This document shows positions 32,431 through 40,466 of a stretch of DNA of 40,466 nucleotides, piece by piece. Origin of the DNA: a virus (taxonomy: Duplodnaviria > Caudoviricetes); the IMG/VR virus record IMGVR_UViG_3300031260_000012, positions 1 to 40,466 of that record. The stretch is one strand, 5' to 3'. Each line of letters starts with the position of its first letter. The stretch's first letter is position 1. The notes beneath the pieces are model-generated. The model saw only the letters and a program-made list of their open reading frames with translations, did no database searches and was not told the origin of the DNA. Position numbers and translations under genes: made by a program.

Positions 32431-32603
32431 AAGTCTCTGATAAAATGCTTGCGGCATTGCGTATTGCAAAGGCTGGGTATTACAGCGGAGACCCCGAGAA
32501 GGTTTTAAAAGCGAAAGTAGACCATGTACTAATGGTTCTGGATTATGAAAAGTTTACAATTGATTTTGAAGATGTTTATTATGAGATAAACAAGGCCCGG
32601 TAA
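32358..32603 (+). CDS. -1 frameshift extension of tail assembly chaperone (GT-like)
   Basis: C_CCT_TTT heptamer at 32358-32364 in correct phase; -1 frame open to TAA 32601-32603 (...MLAALRIAKAGYYSGDPEKVLKAKVDHVLMVLDYEKF...). Confidence 0.8.
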   Translation, partial: PFYHGSAFIVRGPRTDRNLPKTEIKVSDKMLAALRIAKAGYYSGDPEKVLKAKVDHVLMVLDYEKFTIDFEDVYYEINKAR

Positions 32604-32622
32604 AAAGCCGGGCTTTTCTTTT
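32595..32622 (+). terminator. Intrinsic terminator
   Basis: GCCCGG...CCGGGC-TTTTCTTTT. Confidence 0.8.
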
Positions 32623-32627
32623 GTCTA

Positions 32628-32656
32628 TTGATACCATACAAAATACAAGTTATTAT
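32628..32656 (+). promoter_or_regulatory. Putative leaderless promoter of tape measure/baseplate operon
   Basis: TTGATA-17-TATTAT-6 nt-ATG(32663). Confidence 0.65.
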
Positions 32657-32662
32657 TGAGTT

Positions 32663-34126
32663 ATGACGATAGCTAAGCTATTTGCGAGAATAGGATTACA
32701 GACAGACGAGGCAAAGGCCAAAAGTTTCGACCGCTCAATTCGTGCGGTCAAGATCGGCATGGTCGGAGCCGCAACCGGGGCCGTTGCATTTTCCGTAAAA
32801 TTAAAACAATTAACCGACCAGGCTTTTGAGGCTGCCGCAGCTTTCAAGCAATTTGAAGCCGAGACCGGCGGAAGCGCACAGGAGCTACAGAAGTGGCAGG
32901 CGGTTGCCAATCAGACGAATAATAGCGCTGAGGCCGTCACTGCGTCGATTAAAGCGATAGCCGCTAATCAGGAAAAGATAAAACTTGGTCAGGGAAATAT
33001 TTCCGGGTACCAGCTCTTAGGGATAAGCCCGGCAAGTGATCCCTTTGAAATATTGGAACAACTGCGGATAAAGACTGCCGGGCTTTCTCAGGCCATGAAA
33101 AAAAACGCCTTGCAGCAGATGGGCGTATCTTCTGAACTCATCCAGGTACTTGAACTAACAAACGATGAGTTTGATCGCATGGCCGCTAATGCGTTTATCG
33201 TCCCGCCGTCTGCAATAGATGCGCTTGATAAAGCCCGGGCAAGCGGACAGATGCTTGGTAACGCTGTCCGGTATATAAGACAAATGATAGCGGCGAACCT
33301 TTCTCCGGCAATCGATGAACTGAATAAAAAAATAGCATTGTGGATAAAACAGAATCAGGACGGAATAATAAAAACAATTCAGACTATTTTTGGCTGGATA
33401 AATAGATTCATAACTGCAATGTACAGAACCGCTACCATGATAGACAAGGGAGTAAGATCCACGATTGGATGGTCAAACGCTATTAAAATTTTAATAGGCG
33501 CGATTGCCTTGCTTAATTCGGCGCTTTTGTTTTCTCCAATCGGCGCATTTATCGCGGCCATTGCTATGCTTGTACTTGTGATGGAAGACCTGTATGTATA
33601 TTCTAAAGGTGGAAAGTCTTTATTCGGCAGGATGATGGAGCAATTCCCGCAATTGGAAAACGCTTTGAAAGGATTATGGCAAATGCTAAAAGATATCGGC
33701 GCCGTCTTAAAAACTGTTTTCGGCGGCGGTGATCTTGGAAGCATACAGGGAATACTCGATGAATGGGGATTATGGGGCGACATAATAGAGGGTATAATAG
33801 AAGGACTTAGGAAAATACGCGAATGGTTTGCGACCGCTGAATATGACGCAGAGACCGGTGAATTCGGAAACGTCCCGGGATACCTTAAAGCACAGATGGC
33901 AGATTTTATGCAGCTTTTTACCGATCCTGTCGGATGGGCGAAAGAAGGAATTGAGGCCGGTAAAAATGTAATCGGTGGATTGTTCGGCGGTGGAGGCGGT
34001 AGCGCTACCACGAATAATGTCAACGTAAATATCAATACTTCCGGGAACGTAGACGGTGAATCGGTGCAGCGTGAAATGCAAAGAGCTTTTAATTCAAGCA
34101 ACGTCCAGCGGGGGAATACTGAATGA
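32663..34126 (+). CDS. Tape measure protein (short)
   Basis: Ala-rich helical, hydrophobic segments, EDLY.Y..GGKS.FG motif; position. Confidence 0.85.
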   Translation: MTIAKLFARIGLQTDEAKAKSFDRSIRAVKIGMVGAATGAVAFSVKLKQLTDQAFEAAAAFKQFEAETGGSAQELQKWQAVANQTNNSAEAVTASIKAIAANQEKIKLGQGNISGYQLLGISPASDPFEILEQLRIKTAGLSQAMKKNALQQMGVSSELIQVLELTNDEFDRMAANAFIVPPSAIDALDKARASGQMLGNAVRYIRQMIAANLSPAIDELNKKIALWIKQNQDGIIKTIQTIFGWINRFITAMYRTATMIDKGVRSTIGWSNAIKILIGAIALLNSALLFSPIGAFIAAIAMLVLVMEDLYVYSKGGKSLFGRMMEQFPQLENALKGLWQMLKDIGAVLKTVFGGGDLGSIQGILDEWGLWGDIIEGIIEGLRKIREWFATAEYDAETGEFGNVPGYLKAQMADFMQLFTDPVGWAKEGIEAGKNVIGGLFGGGGGSATTNNVNVNINTSGNVDGESVQREMQRAFNSSNVQRGNTE

Positions 34127-34917
34127 GTATTTCAAATATTGCGCAGAGGTCAAATACGGGAATATCTTCTGTCCGTGATTACGTCGATGAAAAAGCGGGG
34201 GCGGCTGTTGTTTCTCCGAAAAATTCCAAAGGTATTCAGGGATGGGTATTCGATATATTAACCAGGGAAAGCATCGACCTGAACGCAGAAATTACAGACC
34301 ATGTTGTACAGAGCGGATCTTTTCTGTCTGACCATGTTGTTATAAAGCCGCGCCGGATTACACTATCAGGTTTAATCGGCGAGAATGTTTTCAATACTCC
34401 CGGGGCAGCCGAAGCCCTGCAGGAATTACAGAACAAGCTTGAGGTAGTGGACGCTTACGGCGGTGCATATACGGACGGAATGACGCAGAAATTACAGGGC
34501 GCAATTACGCAGGCACAAACGGCGGTTGATCAATTAAATAATACGCTGAATAAAACGCAGAGCGTAATAAGTGCCTTTGCCGGTGAATCATCGGAACAAA
34601 CACGGCAGCAGCGATTATATCAGCAGTTACTCGCAGCGTTTAAGGTAAAATATATTGTTACTGTTCAGACCTGGCTTGATTATTACGATAACATGGTTAT
34701 TGAATCAATCAGCGCAACGCAGGACGAAGTCACGGAACAAATAACAGATATCAGTGTAACGCTTAAAGAGGTGCGTTTCGAGGAATTGGAATTCGTAAAC
34801 TATGATGAAAGGCTACAGCCTCCACGGGAACAGATACAGAAGGCTGGCGAAGAGGACGCAGGGAAAGCACAGGGAGAACTTGCAAGCGCAGCCTATAAAT
34901 TGACGGCGGGTGAATGA
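34123..34917 (+). CDS. Baseplate/tube initiator protein (Dit-like)
   Basis: ITDHVVQSGS.LSDHV..KP; Y.NM.I.SI. Confidence 0.8.
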   Translation: MSISNIAQRSNTGISSVRDYVDEKAGAAVVSPKNSKGIQGWVFDILTRESIDLNAEITDHVVQSGSFLSDHVVIKPRRITLSGLIGENVFNTPGAAEALQELQNKLEVVDAYGGAYTDGMTQKLQGAITQAQTAVDQLNNTLNKTQSVISAFAGESSEQTRQQRLYQQLLAAFKVKYIVTVQTWLDYYDNMVIESISATQDEVTEQITDISVTLKEVRFEELEFVNYDERLQPPREQIQKAGEEDAGKAQGELASAAYKLTAGE

Positions 34918-35264
34918 TGATAACGATACAAGGACTTTCAAGTAATCCTATACAGACATTCCAGGTAACAAGCGAGGATGGAATTATAATTGATATCACT
35001 ATCCGATATCACGCTTCATCCTCAATGTGGTTTGCAGATATTTCAACTGAGGATTTTACAGTAAACGGTTTACGCCTTTGCGCTAATAATAATCTATTGC
35101 GGCAGTTTGAGAATATAATTGATTTCGGTTTACTTGTATCAGCGCCGGAAGGAACAGAGCCTATTTTAATAAACGATTTTGCAACCGGACGATGTACGCT
35201 TAATATTCTATCCGCTGCCGACGTCGTACAATTAGAATCTCTTTATGTGGAAGCTAATCAGTGA
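34914..35264 (+). CDS. Baseplate plug-like protein
   Basis: P.QTF, W..DI, NLL.QF; position. Confidence 0.7.
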   Translation: MMITIQGLSSNPIQTFQVTSEDGIIIDITIRYHASSSMWFADISTEDFTVNGLRLCANNNLLRQFENIIDFGLLVSAPEGTEPILINDFATGRCTLNILSAADVVQLESLYVEANQ

Positions 35265-36139
35265 ACTGGATACGCGATTATGTTATTTTAATTCAACGGC
35301 CCGATAAAAAGACTCTTGAGATCAGGCCGCCTTTTTCCATGAAATGCGATATACAGAAGAGTACAACCGCATCCGCTAATCAAGCATCGGTTACGCTTTA
35401 CAATTTACGTAAAGATATACGCAACGGTATTTATAAAGATCGCTATACTATTTCGGAATATTGGCAGATCAGAATATATGCAGGGTACAAGGGTAAAGTA
35501 TTAGACCTTATTTTCCAGGGAAACATAATGCAAGCGTCAAGCGTAAAACAGAATACTGATTGGATAACAACGCTTGAGTGTTTCGATGGACTGTACGGAA
35601 TACAGAACGGTGTTACAGCGCAGACGTTCGGTAAAAATGTAGACCTGTCAGAAGTTGCACTCGGAATAATAAATACCATGCAGAACATTGAACCCGGCGC
35701 AATGGGTAGCCCTGTCGATGGGAAAACGGGACCGAGGGGATTATCCCTTATAGGGAATTCTAAAGATATGCTTGACGGCATTGTAGAGGGAAAATACTTC
35801 ATTGATTCAGAGCGGATAAATATTTTAGACGATGACGAGGTAATTATTGGCAAAGTCCCGCTACTTGATGAGGGCCGTTTATTCACGTCGCCTAAACGGG
35901 GTGACACAAGTCTTACCGTTCAGACTCAGCTTTTCCCAAAAGTGCAATTAGGATTATATACGGAGCTCCGCAGCATAAGCGGTATCTATAACGGACAGTA
36001 TAAAACAATTGCGTTCAAGCATAGCGTGACAGTCTCTTCTGCAGAAGCGGGCGACGCAATAACCGAGATTACTTTATACACCGGACAGAAACTTTTCCAG
36101 GAGGTGGCGCGTGTCAGGTCTACAACTGCCGGAGCCTGA
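35261..36139 (+). CDS. Baseplate hub protein
   Basis: N.A...YNL, AGY, IF.G.I, C.DG. Confidence 0.8.
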   Translation: MNWIRDYVILIQRPDKKTLEIRPPFSMKCDIQKSTTASANQASVTLYNLRKDIRNGIYKDRYTISEYWQIRIYAGYKGKVLDLIFQGNIMQASSVKQNTDWITTLECFDGLYGIQNGVTAQTFGKNVDLSEVALGIINTMQNIEPGAMGSPVDGKTGPRGLSLIGNSKDMLDGIVEGKYFIDSERINILDDDEVIIGKVPLLDEGRLFTSPKRGDTSLTVQTQLFPKVQLGLYTELRSISGIYNGQYKTIAFKHSVTVSSAEAGDAITEITLYTGQKLFQEVARVRSTTAGA

Positions 36140-36725
36140 TCTTGACGATATACTGGAACAATTAAGTAACGATATATTCGCGAGTCTTAATTGCGTTCAG
36201 ATCGGAAAAATAGAAAAGGTAAATAATAATCAAACAGTTGAAATAATGATCCAGGTAAAGCGGCGCGTACCGACCGGGACTATAAACTATCCCATGCTTG
36301 TGGACTGCCCCTATGTTATAATGCAGGGCGGCGGGGCGTATCTTGATATGCCGATTCAAGCAGGCGATTATTGCCTTGTACTTTTCAACGACCGGAATAT
36401 TGATACGTGGTGGAGTACTGCAAACGTTAAGGAACCCCGTGACCGCAGAAAACATAGCCTGTCCGATGGTATTGCACTTGTCGGGATAAATCCTGAAAGC
36501 TCATCGCTTGAAACAGATGGCCAGGTAGTCCGCTTGCTCGGAGCGTCGGGCCCGGGAAGTGAGGAATTCGCAGCACGTCAAAACGATGAGATAACCGTAG
36601 ACGCTACAACTGACCCCGCATTATTTTCATGGTTCAACGCGGTAGCAACGGCAACAGGGACTACCGCTCCGACATCAATTACTGGTAAGATATCTGGTGG
36701 CAGTACGGAGGTAAAAATAGGATGA
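36111..36725 (+). CDS. Baseplate spike (Gp138-like)
   Basis: PIQAGDYCLVLFNDRNIDTW, R.HSLSDG. Confidence 0.88.
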   Translation: MSGLQLPEPDLDDILEQLSNDIFASLNCVQIGKIEKVNNNQTVEIMIQVKRRVPTGTINYPMLVDCPYVIMQGGGAYLDMPIQAGDYCLVLFNDRNIDTWWSTANVKEPRDRRKHSLSDGIALVGINPESSSLETDGQVVRLLGASGPGSEEFAARQNDEITVDATTDPALFSWFNAVATATGTTAPTSITGKISGGSTEVKIG

Positions 36726-37069
36726 TAATTCGCAACCTAACGGCAACCGGAGACTGGACATTTGGCAGGGGACAAAGCGATTATTTACGAGATCTCCCGG
36801 CGTTTAAATTAAACTTGCGTACACGATTAAAATCATGGAAAGGTGACTGTTTCTACGCTACTGCCGAAGGTGTAGACTGGAATAATTTTCTTGACATAGG
36901 CACAAAGGATTTGCTTGATCGAGATATAAAGCGGGTAATTTTACAGACAGAAGGCGTATTGAAAATAACAGAATATATAAGTACACTCGATAGAGATGAT
37001 AGGGACGTTTCAATAAACTGTACGATTACTACAATTTTCGGGACCATCACAATTCAGGAGGTCTTGTAA
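36722..37069 (+). CDS. Baseplate wedge/sheath initiator (gp25-like)
   Basis: R.L...GDWTFG.G, RL....G.CF....GVDW. Confidence 0.8.
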   Translation: MIIRNLTATGDWTFGRGQSDYLRDLPAFKLNLRTRLKSWKGDCFYATAEGVDWNNFLDIGTKDLLDRDIKRVILQTEGVLKITEYISTLDRDDRDVSINCTITTIFGTITIQEVL

Positions 37070-37216
37070 ATGAGTGACATTGACGAGAACTTAGGCAATC
37101 TTGACGACTGCTGGGTTACGCAAGCAAACGATCAATTCCAATGTATTGTAGAGGATAACTTGACAGCCCTGTCTTTTTTTAAGATTGTTATGCAGGGCCA
37201 TGTAGTGAGGGAATAA
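37070..37216 (+). CDS. Small ORF (48 aa) in baseplate operon; not in track
   Basis: AGGAGG RBS; MSDIDENLGNLDDCWVTQANDQFQCIVEDNLTALSFFKIVMQGHVVRE*; TAATG coupling to next gene. Confidence 0.6.
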   Translation: MSDIDENLGNLDDCWVTQANDQFQCIVEDNLTALSFFKIVMQGHVVRE

Positions 37217-38403
37217 TGCCAACGACGTTTGACAAAAATGGATTGACGATTGAAACACTAACCGAAATACGCGAAAACTTAGAAGCGGAATTCCGCAGTA
37301 TTTACGGCGACGATATAAACCTTGATCAAAACTCACCAGACGGGCAATTACTGAATATATTGGCACAGGCTAAAATAGATTTGCTTGAACAGTTACAAAA
37401 GATCAACGCCGGATTTGACCCCGACCAGGCAGAAGGCCGTGTACTCGATCAGCGGGTGAACCTGAACGGAATACAGCGGAACGGTGGAACCTATACGCTT
37501 GTACCCGTGGAGTTGACAGTTGATAGGGCGCTTAATCTTGTGGGACTTGATGATCAGTCCGACGAATTAAACCCGAATATATCGAACTTGTACACGATAA
37601 AAGACGATAACGAAAATGAGTATTATCTATTGGAATCGCAGGCTATTGCTTCCCCCGGGACTGATACCTACACTTTTAGGGCGGCCAGGATCGGAGCGGT
37701 ACAGGTAAGCGTCAACACGATTACAACACCAGTTACAGTTATCGCCGGGATTACAAATATAAATAACTCTTCCGGGGCATCCACGCAAGGAGTAGACGAA
37801 GAATCAGACTTTGACTTGAGGGAGCGCCGTAAAATATCGACGGCCATAAGTGCTACCGGATATCTTGAAGCAATCGAGGCTGCCATAGCAAATATTGACG
37901 GCGTGTCGGCTTCCATCGTATTGGAAAACACAACTGACACAACCGATTCAAATAGTATCCCTCCTCATTCAATATGGGCGATTGTCGAGGGAGGAGATAA
38001 TACCGCAATCGGGACGGCGATCTATGCGAAGAAATCCTCAGGCTCAGGAATGAAGGGCGCGGTAGAGGTAGAAATTCCGCGGCCGAACGGGACGACATTT
38101 ACCGCTAAGTTTGACCGGCCAATTGACGAGGATTTATATATCAGGTTTTCCATTCAGCTACCTGGTGGCGGCGTAATTGACACCGATAGTATAAAGGCGC
38201 TGATTGTAGAGAATATACAATGGGGAGTGGGAGCCGATGCGGTGGCTTCAACAGTTACAAGCTATGTGCAGTCTCTCAATCCCCGCTACCAGATAAGCGC
38301 CATGGAAGTAAGCGCCGACAATGCTACATGGTTTGAAGTGTTGGCACCGTCAAGCCCGGGTAACAGATTCGTAAACTCGACGGCAAGGATAAGTATAAGC
38401 TGA
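37216..38403 (+). CDS. Baseplate J-like protein
   Basis: SPDGQL, FDP..AEG..LD, G.DEESD..LR.R, IPPHSI..IVEGG. Confidence 0.9.
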   Translation: MPTTFDKNGLTIETLTEIRENLEAEFRSIYGDDINLDQNSPDGQLLNILAQAKIDLLEQLQKINAGFDPDQAEGRVLDQRVNLNGIQRNGGTYTLVPVELTVDRALNLVGLDDQSDELNPNISNLYTIKDDNENEYYLLESQAIASPGTDTYTFRAARIGAVQVSVNTITTPVTVIAGITNINNSSGASTQGVDEESDFDLRERRKISTAISATGYLEAIEAAIANIDGVSASIVLENTTDTTDSNSIPPHSIWAIVEGGDNTAIGTAIYAKKSSGSGMKGAVEVEIPRPNGTTFTAKFDRPIDEDLYIRFSIQLPGGGVIDTDSIKALIVENIQWGVGADAVASTVTSYVQSLNPRYQISAMEVSADNATWFEVLAPSSPGNRFVNSTARISIS

Positions 38404-39125
38404 TGGATCAGGAATTAGTCCAGTATTATATCAACCTGCTCATTATCCAGTACCAGAATCAGCCTAAGGCACGGGCGACGATTGAGGCGGTTATCTCAAC
38501 TCTCATGCTGTACGACATGATGATATCGGTACGGGATGGCTATGATCTTAATACGGCAGTAGGACGGCAGCTTGACATACTTGGTAAATACCTTGGAGAG
38601 GATCGCACAATTACCGGGGCTACCTTTACCCGTGAGTATTTCGGTTTTTCTGAATATGGCGACGTCTCCCCGTTTGATTTTAATCCGTACATTGTTTACG
38701 GCGCTACACCGCCAGATGTGCAGTACCGTCGGTATGAGGAAAGCTCACAATCACTGTACGATCTCAATGATGATGAGTACCGGCAGATATTGCGGTTCAA
38801 GCTTGTACAGAATTACAGTGATGCAAGCAATCAGGATATTGACGATTTCTTAGATGCGTATTTTGGTTCAAGCGTTATATTCACCGACCGGGAAAATATG
38901 ACAGTCTCCTACATCTTCCAGGATACGGTAGAAAAGCTTGTCACCATTGCACGAAGCGAGGGGCTATTACCGCGTCCCGCAGGAGTTGGCTTGTCCGTCT
39001 CCTTTGTACCTGATATAAATAATTTGTATACGTTTAGCCTGTACGGCACGGATGCGCCGGATTTCGGCGTAGGATATTCAGAATACGGGGTTACCCCGGT
39101 AGGGAGTTGGTTACAATATGGCTGA
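38403..39125 (+). CDS. Baseplate wedge (DUF2612-like)
   Basis: LLIIQY...PKA, TAVG.QLD.LG, L.DDEYR, LPRPAGV. Confidence 0.88.
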   Translation: MDQELVQYYINLLIIQYQNQPKARATIEAVISTLMLYDMMISVRDGYDLNTAVGRQLDILGKYLGEDRTITGATFTREYFGFSEYGDVSPFDFNPYIVYGATPPDVQYRRYEESSQSLYDLNDDEYRQILRFKLVQNYSDASNQDIDDFLDAYFGSSVIFTDRENMTVSYIFQDTVEKLVTIARSEGLLPRPAGVGLSVSFVPDINNLYTFSLYGTDAPDFGVGYSEYGVTPVGSWLQYG

Positions 39126-40284
39126 GATAGTTAGAAAAGAACAAAAGATATTCGGTGAGTCAGGCGGTACATCAGAATTTGGACAATTCGGGTCTGATGC
39201 GGCAGGGACTCCGACTACGACAAAAGACTTAGACCAGATACAGGCGCTTAGTCAATTCGCAGGTGGATGGTACGACGCAACTGCAAACGCCGCAGAGCCT
39301 CCGCGTATACAGGACAGAAACGGACTTGATTATCTTATGACAACGCAGCTGGCCTACCTTCTGCAGAAGGGCGTACCGGAATGGCTGGACAGTGCTACAC
39401 AACGGTACTACGCCGGGAAGTCTATCGTCTCCCGTTCCGACGGTATTTATATGGCAATCTTGGGCGACGATTCCACGAACATAAACGCACAGAAAGATCC
39501 TGAAACCGAACCGCTATGGTGGGCTCTTATTTATCAGAAACCAGCCGTTGAATCATGGGACGCAACGGAATCGGTAACATACGAAAGCGCAGGGGTAGTT
39601 GTTGAACGTTTCGGCAAACACTTCACATCAACAGGTCTCACAGGCAACACAAACAAAGATCCGATAAACCCTGCAAACATAAACTATTGGTATCCGTCTC
39701 CCGGAATCGACAAGCTGATTGATATGTTCATATCCGGCGAAGTAGTCCGTGGCGGCATGCACAAGGTCAACAATCTTGGCGACGCTGATTACTCGACAAG
39801 CCTCTTACTCGACAAGGCGACATTCGGCGGCACGACCTATGAGTTTTACCGCGTGGCTCTTGACGGTACCGTTGTAACAGGAGATGCAACACTTGAAGGG
39901 ATTCTTAATACTCTGTCGGGTACGCTCTATCCTCATGCTGATATTTTTGCCCCAGATAATCTCGGAACCCGTACGCTTGTTGATATGCGAGGGCGTGGAG
40001 TAGCTTCCATGACAACCGGGGGCGGTGAGGCTGATACGCTTGGCGAGGTTCGGGATGATCAGATGCAGGGGCACCATCACTACGATAACGTCAACACGGT
40101 ACTAACAAACACGCCAGGAGCTCAAAACTATGCTGTGACTGGCGGCGCTCAAACATTCGCTGATCTAACCGTTACCGATCCTAAAACTGACGGAACCAAC
40201 GGAACCCCTCGCACCGGAGCAACCACCCACGGCGCCGACATCGTGGAAGGAATCAAGTACATCATCGTGATGAAAGCAGCGTAA
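39118..40284 (+). CDS. Tail fibre / receptor-binding protein with collar-like C-terminus
   Basis: N-terminal baseplate attachment (QLAYLLQKGVPEW); DMRG, DQMQGHHH, TDGTNGTPRTG. Confidence 0.8.
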   Translation: MAEIVRKEQKIFGESGGTSEFGQFGSDAAGTPTTTKDLDQIQALSQFAGGWYDATANAAEPPRIQDRNGLDYLMTTQLAYLLQKGVPEWLDSATQRYYAGKSIVSRSDGIYMAILGDDSTNINAQKDPETEPLWWALIYQKPAVESWDATESVTYESAGVVVERFGKHFTSTGLTGNTNKDPINPANINYWYPSPGIDKLIDMFISGEVVRGGMHKVNNLGDADYSTSLLLDKATFGGTTYEFYRVALDGTVVTGDATLEGILNTLSGTLYPHADIFAPDNLGTRTLVDMRGRGVASMTTGGGEADTLGEVRDDQMQGHHHYDNVNTVLTNTPGAQNYAVTGGAQTFADLTVTDPKTDGTNGTPRTGATTHGADIVEGIKYIIVMKAA

Positions 40285-40316
40285 AAATAAGCCCCCGTAA
40301 TTGGGGGCTTCTAATT
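40283..40316. terminator. Terminator between convergent tail fibre and lipoprotein genes
   Basis: AAGCCCCCG-TAAT-TGGGGGCTT; T-rich tail on the - strand. Confidence 0.8.
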
Positions 40317-40325
40317 AAAACAGTC

Positions 40326-40466
40326 GTCCTTTCTCCTTCCATTTTGTCATTCTGCGATCGCCGTCTTTCCAGAAAAGCAACCCTTCCGGTCTCGACGGAC
40401 CCCGGCCTTCCTGCACGCTCAAGAGTACCCCGCCGTCAACAGCTATAGCGCCGTCGATGAAAACCA
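40326..40466. repeat. 141-bp exact terminal direct repeat (copy 2)
   Basis: Identical to 1-141. Confidence 0.95.

Noticed and set aside
33379-34101. 240-aa antisense ORF and other long antisense ORFs in the structural region
   Set aside because: Shadows of well-supported + strand genes; no RBS or recognisable motifs.
37160-37200. TTGACA promoter / GCCCTG-CAGGGC hairpin before baseplate J
   Set aside because: No good -10 at 16-18 nt, and it lies within a plausible coupled ORF.
39118-40284. Diversity-generating retroelement or invertible tail fibre cassette
   Set aside because: No reverse transcriptase, invertase or second copy of the fibre 3' region seen.
40326-40466. Biological direct terminal repeat
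   Set aside because: 141 bp equals a common assembler k-mer size and cuts through a gene; best read as circular overlap.
1-40466. Integrase, ParAB, DNA polymerase or alternative genetic code
   Set aside because: No matching motifs among ORFs; genes are intact and densely packed under the standard code.

Overview
The window is an apparently complete, circularly assembled genome (40,325 bp unique; bases 1-141 repeat exactly at 40326-40466) of a contractile-tailed dsDNA phage. The host is probably a spirochaete, inferred from two lipoproteins with spirochaetal-style lipoboxes and a DUF261-like cysteine hydrolase. Layout: (1) a leftward early arm with a lipoprotein, beta-clamp-like fragment, RecT, YqaJ exonuclease, VRR-NUC, a structured-RNA cluster with a 157-nt tRNA-like RNA, small peptides and an LPD29-like gene; (2) a rightward lysis cassette placed inside that arm, containing two fully overlapping coiled-coil membrane ORFs; (3) a leftward Cro-like HTH + class-3 lipase operon and a symmetric divergent promoter switch at ~7310-7365; (4) a rightward arm with a pentapeptide-repeat gene, SNF2-helicase/methyltransferase fusion, small Zn-ribbon genes, two HNH endonucleases, Lar-like and SSB-like genes; (5) a structured leader RNA before the replication module (initiator with 11-bp-phased iterons, T7-type primase-helicase), a cytosine-MTase-like gene and a PD-(D/E)XK moron; (6) packaging, head, tail and baseplate genes. 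I recognised no integrase, partition system, DNA polymerase, CRISPR array or reverse transcriptase. The best candidates for new biology are the pseudoknotted tRNA-like RNA, the dual-frame lysis pair with antisense-positioned lipase operon, the replication-leader RNA and recurrent leaderless late promoters. All family assignments come from motif recognition by eye, not database searches.
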